Assembly: GCA_963850305.1 (NCBI GenBank)
Contig: CAWKKR010000009.1
Coordinates: forward strand, 50,720 to 114,719
Source: an uncultured delta proteobacterium
Lineage (GTDB): Bacteria; Myxococcota_A; Polyangia; Polyangiales; Polyangiaceae
Length of the DNA: 64,000 nucleotides
Direction of reading: 5' to 3'
How positions within the stretch are numbered: position 1 is the stretch's first letter; the number at the start of each line of letters is the position of its first letter. Positions 12,520-22,423 of the stretch are shown piece after piece. The notes under the pieces were generated by a model. It had not been told where the DNA came from, made no database searches, and saw nothing but the letters and a program-made list of their open reading frames with translations. The position numbers and the translations under genes are program-made.

Positions 12520-12616
12520 TTCGGGGCACCGTAACATGTCGAGATCCGTCCGTCATGCTGGTCGCGCCGCGGCCCGAGCACGAGGATCGTGCGTGCGAGA
12601 GCGAAACTCCGGGACA

Positions 12617-15103
12617 TTACTTTGCGAGTGGACTCGAACCCGTGACCTCGAGCGCGGCGACCTCATTCGCGTCTCGGTAGGTCCTGATCTTCGCGACGAG
12701 CTCCTCGCGGGCCCCCCACGGGAGCACGTTTCCGCGCGGCGTTTCGTACTCCAGAAACAGGTTGTCGTCGGTCGACACCATGTCCGAGAGCGACTCTCCC
12801 GAGTCCTTCGCCGCATCCTCCAGGAATCGATCGAGCGCGCCGTCGATCACCAGCATGTCGTCGGCGAGCACGGTCAGCGGGCGTCCATCGGGCAGCGTCG
12901 CGGCCACGCCGGGCGTCGCAGTCAACCGCGCGGCGCGCTCGTAGGACCACCCGAGGGGCTTCTCGGACGCGACCAGGATGCCCTGTCCGCCTCCGAGGAA
13001 CAGCGCAACGTGCGAAAACTCGCGCCGGAGCGTGTTCACGAGCGTCGCAAACACCGGACGATAGACGTGGTGGAGCTGCACCCATTGCTGGAACACGCCG
13101 TGCTCCTTCAAGTGTGCGTGGACCAGCTTGTAGTACTCGGCGCTGTAGAGCGACGACGCGCCCGCGAACCAGACGCTCGAGAGCTCCATGCTCACCAGAT
13201 CGTACTTCCCGTCGTGGACGAGCAGGTGGTTCCGCGCATCGTCGAGCGTCACGTGCACGCGGGGGTCTTCGAGCACGCCGCGGTTCAGATGGCGGAAGTA
13301 CTTGTCCGCGGCCTCGACGATGGCCGGCGAGATCTCGACCACGTCGAGCCGCTTCCACGGATACGTGGCGAGCGTGCCGAGCGTCGTCCCGGTGCCCATG
13401 CCGATGATGAGGGCCTGATCGAAGTCCTCGACGAACAGACAGGGGTAATGCGCGAAATATCGCTGCGCGTTCACCTCCCAGCCGTCGTTGCCCTGGAACT
13501 TCCCGTTCGTGTAGAGCGTGTGCACGCCATCGTGCACCGTGACGGTCGTGATGCCGCCGTGCACGTCCTCGCGGACGCTGAGTAGCTCGTCCGCCGGGTT
13601 CGGCGCGTCGAAGTAGACGTTCGTGCCGGCGGTGAGCCTCTCGATGTCCCAGCGCGGTGCGGCGGCGCTGATCAGGAGCGCGGCACCTGCGAGAGCCGCC
13701 GGCAACCGGTCGAACGCCGCGCCGCGCCGCTTCGCACCCCAGAGTGCGAGCGCCGCGAACGCTGCGCCGACGGCCAGCAGCGAGCGCTCCGAACCGAGCG
13801 CCGGAATCACCACGTAGCCGGCGGCGAGTGCGCCCACCACCGCGCCGATCGTGTTCACCGCCGTGAATCGCCCCACGAGACGGCCCACGTCGGCGTGCTT
13901 TGCCGCGGACCGCAGGAGCAGCGGGAACGTCAGCCCCATCGCCGTCACCGGCAAACCGAGGATACCGAACGCGATCGCGCCGCGCATCGCCTCGCGGCCT
14001 CCGAACGTCGTCACGTACTCGCCGAGACCCTTGAAAGCGTACGGCAGGTCGTCCCAGAACGGCAGCGTGAGCATCATCGCGAGCGCCGCGAGCGACAGGC
14101 TCGTCGACAGCGCTCTCGCGCCGAGCCTCTTCTCGAACCAGGGCGTGAGCGACGCGCCCGCGAAGAGCCAGGTCAGAAACGCCGCGAGGATCGACCCGAA
14201 TGCGAACGCGCTGTTGCCCACGATGACCGCCAGCAGGTGCGTCGCGACGACCTCCGCGGTGAAAACGAGCAACCCCGACGCGAACGCGAGCACGAGCAGG
14301 AACGGTGCACGAGCCGTCTCCGCGCCGCCGCGGTCCGCGGAGGGCGCCCCATCCCAGATCGAAACATCCTGGCTCGCGCTGCCCGGCTTCGCGTTGGTTG
14401 GTGCGGATCCGAGACGACCGAGCCACACGGCGACGGAACCGGTGAGCGCGCTCGTCGCCGCGGCTGCATACACAGCCTTCGACAGCCCGAGCGCCGGCAG
14501 GATCGCGTAAGCCCCCGCCAGAGCTCCCGCGGCGCCTCCGAACGTATTCGCGGCGTACAGAATCGACAATCGATGTTGTCGAACCGCACTGGCGGCATCC
14601 GGCGTCTCACCCTCCGCGAGTGCGGCGGACACGAGAGGAAGCGTTGCGCCCATTGCTGCCGTCGGAACCGCCACGAACGACATCGCGACGCACCAGCGGA
14701 GCGCGGAAAGCACCGCGAGCGAGCCGTGCAGATGCCGCGCGGTGACCACGTAGAGCGGTGTGAGCCACGCGAAGGCGAGGGGAGTCGCGGCCACGGCGAG
14801 CCCCACCGACAGCTCCGCGATACCGTACGCGACGAGCGGCCGGCGCAGCTTGCCCGACCATCGCCCGCCGATGGCCGCGCCGACCGCGAGCCCCGTCATG
14901 AACGCGGCGAGGACTGCGCTGACCGCGTAAGCCGTCGCCCCCACCACGTAGGAGAGGTACCTCGAAAAGCAAACCTGATCGACGAGCCCCGCCGCGCCCG
15001 AGACCGCGAACAGCCCCGCCAGCGCATGGAATCCACGGCTTCCGAGGCTCCCGGCCGACCCCGGACGACGTTCCGTGCCGCAGTCCGACTCCTGGCTCGC
15101 CAA
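12617..15103 (-). CDS. Fused MFS-like membrane domain / spermidine synthase-like SAM-binding protein
   Basis: Many TM helices followed by ALIIGMGTGTT..DVVEISP..DDARNHL; start codon uncertain. Confidence 0.88.
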   Translation of the reverse strand: MASQESDCGTERRPGSAGSLGSRGFHALAGLFAVSGAAGLVDQVCFSRYLSYVVGATAYAVSAVLAAFMTGLAVGAAIGGRWSGKLRRPLVAYGIAELSVGLAVAATPLAFAWLTPLYVVTARHLHGSLAVLSALRWCVAMSFVAVPTAAMGATLPLVSAALAEGETPDAASAVRQHRLSILYAANTFGGAAGALAGAYAILPALGLSKAVYAAAATSALTGSVAVWLGRLGSAPTNAKPGSASQDVSIWDGAPSADRGGAETARAPFLLVLAFASGLLVFTAEVVATHLLAVIVGNSAFAFGSILAAFLTWLFAGASLTPWFEKRLGARALSTSLSLAALAMMLTLPFWDDLPYAFKGLGEYVTTFGGREAMRGAIAFGILGLPVTAMGLTFPLLLRSAAKHADVGRLVGRFTAVNTIGAVVGALAAGYVVIPALGSERSLLAVGAAFAALALWGAKRRGAAFDRLPAALAGAALLISAAAPRWDIERLTAGTNVYFDAPNPADELLSVREDVHGGITTVTVHDGVHTLYTNGKFQGNDGWEVNAQRYFAHYPCLFVEDFDQALIIGMGTGTTLGTLATYPWKRLDVVEISPAIVEAADKYFRHLNRGVLEDPRVHVTLDDARNHLLVHDGKYDLVSMELSSVWFAGASSLYSAEYYKLVHAHLKEHGVFQQWVQLHHVYRPVFATLVNTLRREFSHVALFLGGGQGILVASEKPLGWSYERAARLTATPGVAATLPDGRPLTVLADDMLVIDGALDRFLEDAAKDSGESLSDMVSTDDNLFLEYETPRGNVLPWGAREELVAKIRTYRDANEVAALEVTGSSPLAK

Positions 15104-15208
15104 GATCCGCGCACCATAATCGGGCGGACCGTCTCTTGCGAAGCCTCCTTTTCGAGAACCTCCCCCTTTCTCGAGCCCCCGCTTCCGACTATGTTCCGCG
15201 CCTCTTCC

Positions 15209-15282
15209 GTCCCCATCGTCTAGCTGGACCAGGACACGGCCCTTTCAAGGCTGCGACACGGGTTCGAATCCCGTTGGGGACG
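15209..15282 (+). tRNA. tRNA-Glu(TTC)
   Basis: Acceptor stem GTCCCCA/TGGGGAC, anticodon arm CGGCC-CTTTCAA-GGCTG, T-loop GGTTCGAATCC; followed by CTA rather than CCA. Confidence 0.96.
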
Positions 15283-16901
15283 CTACATTAGGAAACTGGC
15301 CTTCGATGGCCAGGAACCTGCCGATGACGGCTTCACCCTCGACCTGAAAACGAGGGCCGTCGGGTGTCTGGATGCCGTGAACGTGAGCTTGTCGGGGAAC
15401 AGTTCGCGGAGGGCTTCACGAGCGTCGTCGGGGTTTCTCTCGAACACGCCTGCCAGGTCGGAGAGACGTTTCTTCGCCTCCGCCTCCATCCGGCGAAGCT
15501 CCAGGTTGATCGCCTCGGGGGCGGCCTGGGCGGCTCGTAGGCGGCTCTCAATTTGGCTGAGCCGCTCTTGTCGTTCACCGATGGCGCGGACGAGAGGCTC
15601 GGGCTTGTCGTTTGCCGTCGCGATGGCGGTCACGAGTCGATCGATCTCGATGCGAAGCTCACGGGCTTCGTCTGCGAGCTTCGGAAGGTCGGTGGTCGTA
15701 GCAACATGACGCTCTTCGAGGCGTCGTCGGGCTTCTTGCAGAGCCAGGACGATGAACTCCTCGGTGAGCACCTTCGCCTTCAGCACCTCGATCAGCGTGG
15801 CGTTTACGTTCGCCACTGGCCTACGCAGCGTGCTCCCGCAGACCTCTGGCCCGCGCTCTTTGTGCCACGAACAGGTGTAGACCTTGATGATCGTCTTGCC
15901 CGCCTTGCTGTTCGTGACCTTGATGGGCCCGCCGCACTGGCCGCACCGCCCGAGCTGGGAGAGCATGTACTTGGGCTTTCGGCCGGAGGGCTTGCGCTTG
16001 CCGGGCTCTTCCTCCGCCCGCGGGATGCGGGCGTGCGCCGCTTGCCAGAGTGCATCGGAGACGATTCGCAGCTCGGGTAGCTCGACCTGGATCCAGTCGC
16101 ACTTCGGTCGCGGGATCCGGACCTTCGTTCCGCCCTTGTAGGTCTTCTGCGTCCGATTCCAAATGGGGCGACCGAGGTACCGCTCGTTTCGGAGCATCGA
16201 GCGGACCGCCGACTGCGACCACGAACCCGTGCCCCTCTTTCCGGCTTGGGGTGAGGGGATACGCCTCGCATTCAATGCTTTCGCGATCGTACGAAGGCCG
16301 TCTCCGCCCGCGTAGCGCTCGAAGATCTCTCGCACAATATCCGCTTGGACCTCGTTGACTACGTCCTCGGCGTGGCTGCGACGGTCACCTTCACGAACCT
16401 CTTTGCTGCCGTACCCAAAGCACCAACCGCCGACCTTCCGTCCCTTGCGCGCCTTTGCGAGCAGATGCTCGAAGGTCCGCTGCGAGATCTTCTCCCGTTC
16501 GAGTTCGCTCGCGAAGTTCTTCGCAGCCATCAGGAACTTGTCGGTCGCGTTGTCGAGAACGACTTCACGGCCCTCGAAGTAGAACCAGAGCTGCACGCCC
16601 GCATCGAGCAGGTTAGACGATGATCAAACCCGTTCGGGATCATGTCCCCACCAACGCGCGTTTCGTCTCGCGTGACGACCACGTCGAATTCGTGGGCTTC
16701 GGCCGCATTGATGAGCTTCAAAAGGGCCGGACGCTTCTTGAATTCGGCTCGGCTGACGGCGTCTTCGAGGTAAATATGGGACTCGGAGAAGAGTTTCCAT
16801 CCTCGCGCTTCAACGAATCGCTTGGCCTCGCCGAGTTGCACGTCGAGCGAGGACATTTGGTGCTCATCCGTGCTCCGGCGAGCGTAGATTGCAGCCCTCA
16901 T
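15245..16901 (-). CDS. Large serine recombinase (apparent frameshifts near 16620 and 15375)
   Basis: N-terminal AAIYARRSTD catalytic motif; recombinase domain; Zn ribbon (CGQCG...YTC..C); coiled coil; alternative frame ends VASPTGFEPVSQP* inside the tRNA antisense strand. Confidence 0.88.
15264..15284 (+). repeat. att core, copy 1 (tRNA-Glu 3' end), TCGAATCCCGTTGGGGACGCT
   Basis: Exact 21-bp direct repeat with 22521-22541. Confidence 0.93.
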
Positions 16902-17122
16902 TTGTCCTCCGGTAGCAACGGGTGACGGAGCACATCGAGCGCCAGGAGGCGTCCAACGGCCGCGCGAACGGACGAAGCCGCGGGGTCCATCGGCCGCTCA
17001 CGAAGGTGCTTGGTGGCCCGTTGTGCTTGAGCCGCCACGCGCGGAGCCCGCGGAGCATCTGGCTGCTCCGACGCGACGTTCGCCGGAGTGTGCTTGCCCC
17101 CTCTTCGAGGGGCCGCGCGCAA
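16898..17122 (-). CDS. Small hypothetical protein overlapping the recombinase start
   Basis: ATGA stop/start overlap with the recombinase; start uncertain. Confidence 0.4.
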   Translation of the reverse strand: MRAAPRRGGKHTPANVASEQPDAPRAPRVAAQAQRATKHLRERPMDPAASSVRAAVGRLLALDVLRHPLLPEDK

Positions 17123-18634
17123 GACTGAAGGAACGCAACGGGGTAGGGTTCGCCCCCCGGTCGGACGAGGGCACCAGCCAGAGTACTGGTCGAGCGTGGG
17201 AAGCGAGGTACACGTTGGGCTTCGTCGTCGTGCGTGTCACCTCTTGGCGGTATCACGAGCGCACCGGGAGGAGCGAGCTCGCGTGCACGAACGCTACACG
17301 CTCGTTTCTGTCGTAGTTTTGATCGGAGACGCTGCGAGTTGCTACTCGGATGGAATGCGCGATACCCTCGCCGAACGCGCTCGAGATCTGCTTCTCGCGA
17401 GAGAACTTCCCGCGGGACGTACGTGTGAGATCGCTACCGCCGTTACGCTCGTTGCGGCGGCTGATCTAGGCGTCGCTCCTCGGGGAACTGCCGTGGCGCT
17501 CTGGAGGTTCATCGGGGAGCAGCCCGAAAGTGAGTGGGCTAGAAAAGCGGCGGACACCATCGGGAAGCTCCCGTTCGACGCAAACATCGACAACGAAACG
17601 GTGAACGTCGTGCGCATGAGGGACACGCCCGCGGAGCTGGTTCGAGCAGGCCGTTCAGGTCCTCGGTGGCCCGAGCTACGCCCCGAGGGTCACGTCCGAA
17701 ATGATTCTCGGGGGCGGCCGAGCGCGGCATCAATCACTACGCCTGCTTCTTGGTGACGGAACTTGTGGGTGCTGCCCACCGTTGCGGCGGGATCCCCACC
17801 GTCGTCATCACCGCCATCATGCACGGCTGGTCCAACGGGAACGACGCTCGTCGTGAGCGGGCTCCGGATCTCGCCATGCTCTTGCCGGTCACCGAAACGA
17901 AGTGGCTCACCAAGATGCTCACCGACACCAGCAGCACCGTTAGAAGGAACATGGCCCGGGTGCTGGCGCATCTATCGGAGGCCGAGAACCTGCTCGATCT
18001 CATCGACGAGCGCCTTGGAGTCGAGACGCACCGGGCCGTCACGGCGGCGCTGTTGGCAGCGAAGGCCGAGATCATGAGAGCGGATGAGATCGTCGTTCAC
18101 CTTGGTAACCCGCAGAACCGGGCGTTTATAGGATCGAGTCGTCCACCGTCGCCGCGAACCCGAGGCCCAATGGAACTGCGGAGAAGAGCTTTCGGTGAGC
18201 GGCGGAAATGCCGTATCCCCCTGGCCTGCTCAAACGGGGTCAAGGGCCCCGGCCACATACGAGAATTTTTCCCGGTGGCTTCTCTTGGCCAAGCACGGGA
18301 AATCCTCGTGACTCCCGACGAGTCGTTCCACAACGCACCAAAAGCCCCCGGGGCGAGTCTGGAACACGACGACGGGCCATCGGGTCGTCCCCTTCGTCCC
18401 GCGCTTCCTGGCCCGTCCTGGACGGTTCTCTCGGGCTGCCGTCGTTCGACGGTGTGTGGGGCGACTAGGGCCCTGACGAGTTCCTTCGGCGGGGGCCCTC
18501 TGCCCGATGGTAGGGCGACGCTTCAAGCCGACAATCACGGCACAGACATGGGCGTTCGTCCGAGGGATCGTTTTTGCCGTCGGCCCGGGACGCGACGGCG
18601 CGCCTCCGTCCACGACAAGGAAGTGTCCCCGGAG

Positions 18635-18889
18635 CTACTTCTTCCGGCCCACGGACGGTCCGAAGTTGACCGTTAGCTCAAGGCCGAGGCCTGCGGATAC
18701 CCGCATGAGAGTATCCACCGTCACGTTCAGTTTTCCCTGTTCGATGCGGGCGTAGTTCGTCGGCAGCATGCCGACCCGCTCCGCCATCACCCGCCGCGAT
18801 AGTCCAGCACGTCGGCGTGCGAGGCGGATCCTCTCGCCCAATTCAACGAGCGTCGCCCGAGTTCGCGGGCTGATCTTCGCGGAAGCCAC
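18635..18889 (-). CDS. XRE-family HTH regulator
   Basis: LGERIRLARRRAGLSRRVMAERVG...YARIEQGKLNVTVDTL. Confidence 0.88.
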   Translation of the reverse strand: MASAKISPRTRATLVELGERIRLARRRAGLSRRVMAERVGMLPTNYARIEQGKLNVTVDTLMRVSAGLGLELTVNFGPSVGRKK

Positions 18890-18986
18890 GCCGCCACGTG
18901 ACTCCCTTGCGTCCCATCGCCGGAAGGACTCATATAAGACTGCTACTCCTATACGACTCCACCTTCGCGGCCTCGGGGAGGCTCAA

Positions 18987-20453
18987 ATGAACTCGACCTG
19001 GATTGGACGGCAGTTCCTCTCTTCGTTTCGGACCGCGGCGTCATCGGCCTTCTTGCTCTGCCTGCTCGTCGGGTGCGGCGGTGCTCAACCCGCGCCACCG
19101 CCCAAGTGGACGACGTGGGTCGAAGAGGACAATCGGTGCTCCGCCGACATCGCCGGTTGCGTGAGCCGATGCGACGCCGAGGAGGCTGTGAAGCCGGGGG
19201 CGGGTGGAGCGGGGGAAACGCCGACGTGCGACCTCCTCCTGGTCAACTGGATCGGCGGGAACGTGGACCCGACAAGCTGGGATGTCACTGGGAACGCCGC
19301 GTACTCGACTTGGCGGGCCCATCACGGCCTTCCGGATCGCGTTGACCAGGCTCCGGGTCGGCTTGAGCTGTTGCGGGAACGCGCCCACGGAATCTGCAAG
19401 CGCGGAGAGGCGCGGGGGTGCCAAGCCGAAGAAGCCGTTTCCGCGAGGATGAACAGCACCCCCTCCAGGACGGACACGGCATCCACGAACGAACAGGCCG
19501 TGGAGATCATCCGTCGGGCCGCGAAGGCGAAGGACCGGGCCAACGCGGCCGTCTCGCTCGACGGCACCGACGACGCGAACAACATCAAGGACGACTTGGC
19601 ATCGTGCACTCGGAGCAGAACCGCGTGCGTCAATGCAGCCGAAGCCGAACAACGCTCTCTTGTTGGGGCATACGCGGGCCTCGCGGTGTACCTCGCGAAC
19701 CTCGTACCCGACGAGCGGAACTACTCGCACGACCCGATGGCGAACCCGGCCCGCGTCGTCGCGATGGAACCGAACATCGCCCGGGCCGAGAAGCTTGCTG
19801 AGCAAGCCGAGCAGGAGGCCGAGAAGGCGGCGGCTTCGAAGCACGAAGCGTCGAGGGCGGTAGACGCCGAGGCCGACGTGATGCTCGAAGCGAAGCACGC
19901 ATGCGACACCGATGCCGCCGTCTGCAAGCACCGATGTGACGGTGGCAATCAACCATACTGCGTTCAACTTGGGGTCCGCGCGTGGAAAGCCGCGCCCCCA
20001 CGTCTCTCGGAAGCGAAGGCGGTTCTTGAGAAGGCGTGTAGCTCGCATGTTCAGACGGCGTGCGCTCTGATGGAGCCCCTCGCGAAGGACATTCAGAGAT
20101 TCGACGCGAAGACGGACGAGTTGTGGGGGCTCGTGACGGACCACGTGGACGACATCGCTCGAAAGCGAAACTTGGTCGCGCTGGCACGAAGGCGGGCTGC
20201 CCCGACGGCGGTGAACGTCGGCGGCTTCATGAGGGCCGACTCCGACCTTGCGGCGTACACCCTCACGACGTACTGCCCCGCCGCGAACGACTTCCTTGCC
20301 CACGCGGGTGTCGCCGAATTCCGCCGACGAGCCAAGCTCAAGTGCACCGATGACCAAGCTCCGACGGGCACGGGCGGGAACAACGACGAGGTCTTCCTCA
20401 CGAGCCAGTGCCGCGCGGTCCTAGCTACGTCGTGCCCCGCACCCCCAAAGTGA
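18987..20453 (+). CDS. Cys-rich secreted lipoprotein of unknown function
   Basis: LLCLLVGC lipobox; many paired Cys; divergent from the XRE gene. Confidence 0.7.
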   Translation: MNSTWIGRQFLSSFRTAASSAFLLCLLVGCGGAQPAPPPKWTTWVEEDNRCSADIAGCVSRCDAEEAVKPGAGGAGETPTCDLLLVNWIGGNVDPTSWDVTGNAAYSTWRAHHGLPDRVDQAPGRLELLRERAHGICKRGEARGCQAEEAVSARMNSTPSRTDTASTNEQAVEIIRRAAKAKDRANAAVSLDGTDDANNIKDDLASCTRSRTACVNAAEAEQRSLVGAYAGLAVYLANLVPDERNYSHDPMANPARVVAMEPNIARAEKLAEQAEQEAEKAAASKHEASRAVDAEADVMLEAKHACDTDAAVCKHRCDGGNQPYCVQLGVRAWKAAPPRLSEAKAVLEKACSSHVQTACALMEPLAKDIQRFDAKTDELWGLVTDHVDDIARKRNLVALARRRAAPTAVNVGGFMRADSDLAAYTLTTYCPAANDFLAHAGVAEFRRRAKLKCTDDQAPTGTGGNNDEVFLTSQCRAVLATSCPAPPK

Positions 20454-20556
20454 ACGGGGTGCGCTCGTTCGCCTGAAGGTTCGGCCGCAACGTCTGTAGA
20501 CGAAGAACGGGGGCGTTTTCTATTTCGGTTCGGTCGAGTGCGTTCCGGACAGCACG

Positions 20557-20656
20557 GGCCGTCCCCACCCCCCAGGCCGAGCCCGTAGTCGTGGGCTCCG
20601 CTCCCGAGGCCGACCCCTCCTCACTGCGTGTGCCGCGGGAGCGTGTGCGACGCGGT
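20557..20656 (+). other. Conserved two-hairpin non-coding motif, copy 1
   Basis: Similar to the reverse complement of 32753-32856, with a compensatory stem change. Confidence 0.75.
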
Positions 20657-20972
20657 GGCGACCGCAACGAATCTCGCTCCGCCGAGTAGGACTTGGACAC
20701 CCCCTCGGCCCGATGCAGCGCGCGTCGGTCGCTGACCGCGTAGCGTGCGGAAGGCACAAATGGCGGTCATGGACCCAAAGAATCTCGCGAATACCATGGG
20801 TTGCGCCTTCGCGGAACGTACTTTCCGGCCACCGTGGGCAGGTGATACGTTCACCGTCATGCTGAGTTCGGGGCGTTCGGAGTGATTTAGCGGGCAACGT
20901 GCACCGACCGTGAGCGTCGAGTCGAAGCTCTTCGGAAGCGCTCAATTACGAATTTCGGGGTCACAACTGTAA

Positions 20973-21143
20973 ATGGACATACCGCCGGTCCTGCTCGACC
21001 ACGTGCGCCAAGGTCAAGTCGTCTTGTTTCTCGGTGCTGGCGCGACGCGCGGTGCCGTCCACCCGACCGCCGGGCCTCCTCCAGATGGTCAGAAGCTCGC
21101 GGACCTCCTTGCAGCGCGCTTTCTTCCGCCCAAGTATTCCGGC
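20973..21143 (+). pseudogene. SIR2-like protein, N-terminal fragment truncated by an IS remnant
   Basis: GQVVLFLGAGA...PDGQKLADLL resembles the SIR2_2 N-terminus; stops at the IS fragment. Confidence 0.65.
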
Positions 21144-21658
21144 CAGCATCCGCGTCGAGAAAGCCGCGAGCACGCGCCGAGCTCGCGATCGATGGGAAGG
21201 TCGGTGCAGCGGCGACCTCCGATTGGACGACCCACGGGTCGTACGAACGCGACCTTGCCGAACCGCGTGCCGATCTCGCTCCGACGCCGCGTGTCCGTGT
21301 CGAGCGCGAATCGCCCGCCGTCATGCTCGTAGGTCGATGGTTGCGGACGGGCAGCGTATCGCACGAGAAACAGGGCCATTACCGCACGCCCGAGATGAAG
21401 CAGCGCTGTCCAGAGTTCTCGCTCGACAGCAGAAAGCGTCGTCGCGTCCTTCGTTTCCGCGCATCTACGAACTCGCTCGCTCGCGCTCTGGACATCCCGT
21501 TCGGCGCGCTCGATAGTCGTCGCCATGGGGCTCCTTCCGGTTGGTGTTCTTGTTTTAGCAACCGGATATCTGCCGCGAATGAGCCCCTCCTTTCAACCTA
21601 CGCGTCGTAACCGATCGATCTCGCTTTGTTTTTCGTCAGCAGATCGGGAACTGCACCC
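21144..21658 (-). mobile_element. Partial copy (left end) of the ISKra4-like element at 48093-49733, internally deleted
   Basis: Matches 48093 onward including the GGGTGCAGTTCCCGATC end; deletion between GCTCG microhomologies. Confidence 0.92.
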
Positions 21659-22347
21659 ACCAAAGTTCTATCCGACGTGCTCGAAGCGAGCGAAGACAGC
21701 CTGTTCCCCCTCCAGGGTGCGCTTGGGTACGAGATTCATCAAACGCTCTTCGTCGGACCGAACTCCCTCATCGTCGAAGGCGTCTCCGACCTCCTCTACA
21801 TCCAGGTTGTGTCGGGTGCCCTGCGGAAGCAGGGTCGTTCCGGGCTCGACGAGCGCTGGACGATCACGCCCGTGGGAGGCTCGACGAAGGTTCCGACGTT
21901 CGTTTCGCTGCTGGGTTCCCAACGGAACATGAAGCTTGCCACGCTTATCGACATCCAGAAGCGGGACGTCCAGACCATCGAGAACCTTCACAAGCGGAAG
22001 CTCCTGGAGAAGAAGCATGTGCTCACATTCGCGAACTTCACCGGCACTCAGGAAGCGGACATCGAGGACATGTTCGACGAAGAGTTCTACTTGACCCTCG
22101 TGAACGGAAGAGTTCTCGAAGTCCCTCCAGACGAAGCTCGCCCCGAGCTCGTTCAAGAGCCAGGCTCCCCGAATCCTCGTCCGCCTCAAGGATCACTTCG
22201 AGGCGAACCCCATGAAAGACGGGGCACGATTCGACCACTACCAGGCCGGCACGCTATCTGACCGAGCACATCGGTGATGTCGCGATACCCGAAGCCACGC
22301 TCGGCCGCTTTGAGGCGGCGTTTGGTGCCCTCAACAAGCTCCTGTAA
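21659..22347 (+). pseudogene. C-terminal TOPRIM part of an OLD-like/AAA ATP-dependent nuclease, 5' part lost
   Basis: LIVEGVSD..ITPVGG..TLID..DIEDMF TOPRIM motifs; begins at the IS end; frameshift near 22105. Confidence 0.75.
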
Positions 22348-22423
22348 GGAGGTGGCCGGGTTCCTCAAGTCTGCGATGGCAGGGCGAACCCCGGGAGCTC
22401 CTGGCCCCGATTGCCGGGCTGCC

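Noticed and set aside
18465..18500. Hammerhead ribozyme suggested by CTGACGAG
   Set aside because: No GAAA core after a stem II, so the required topology is not met.
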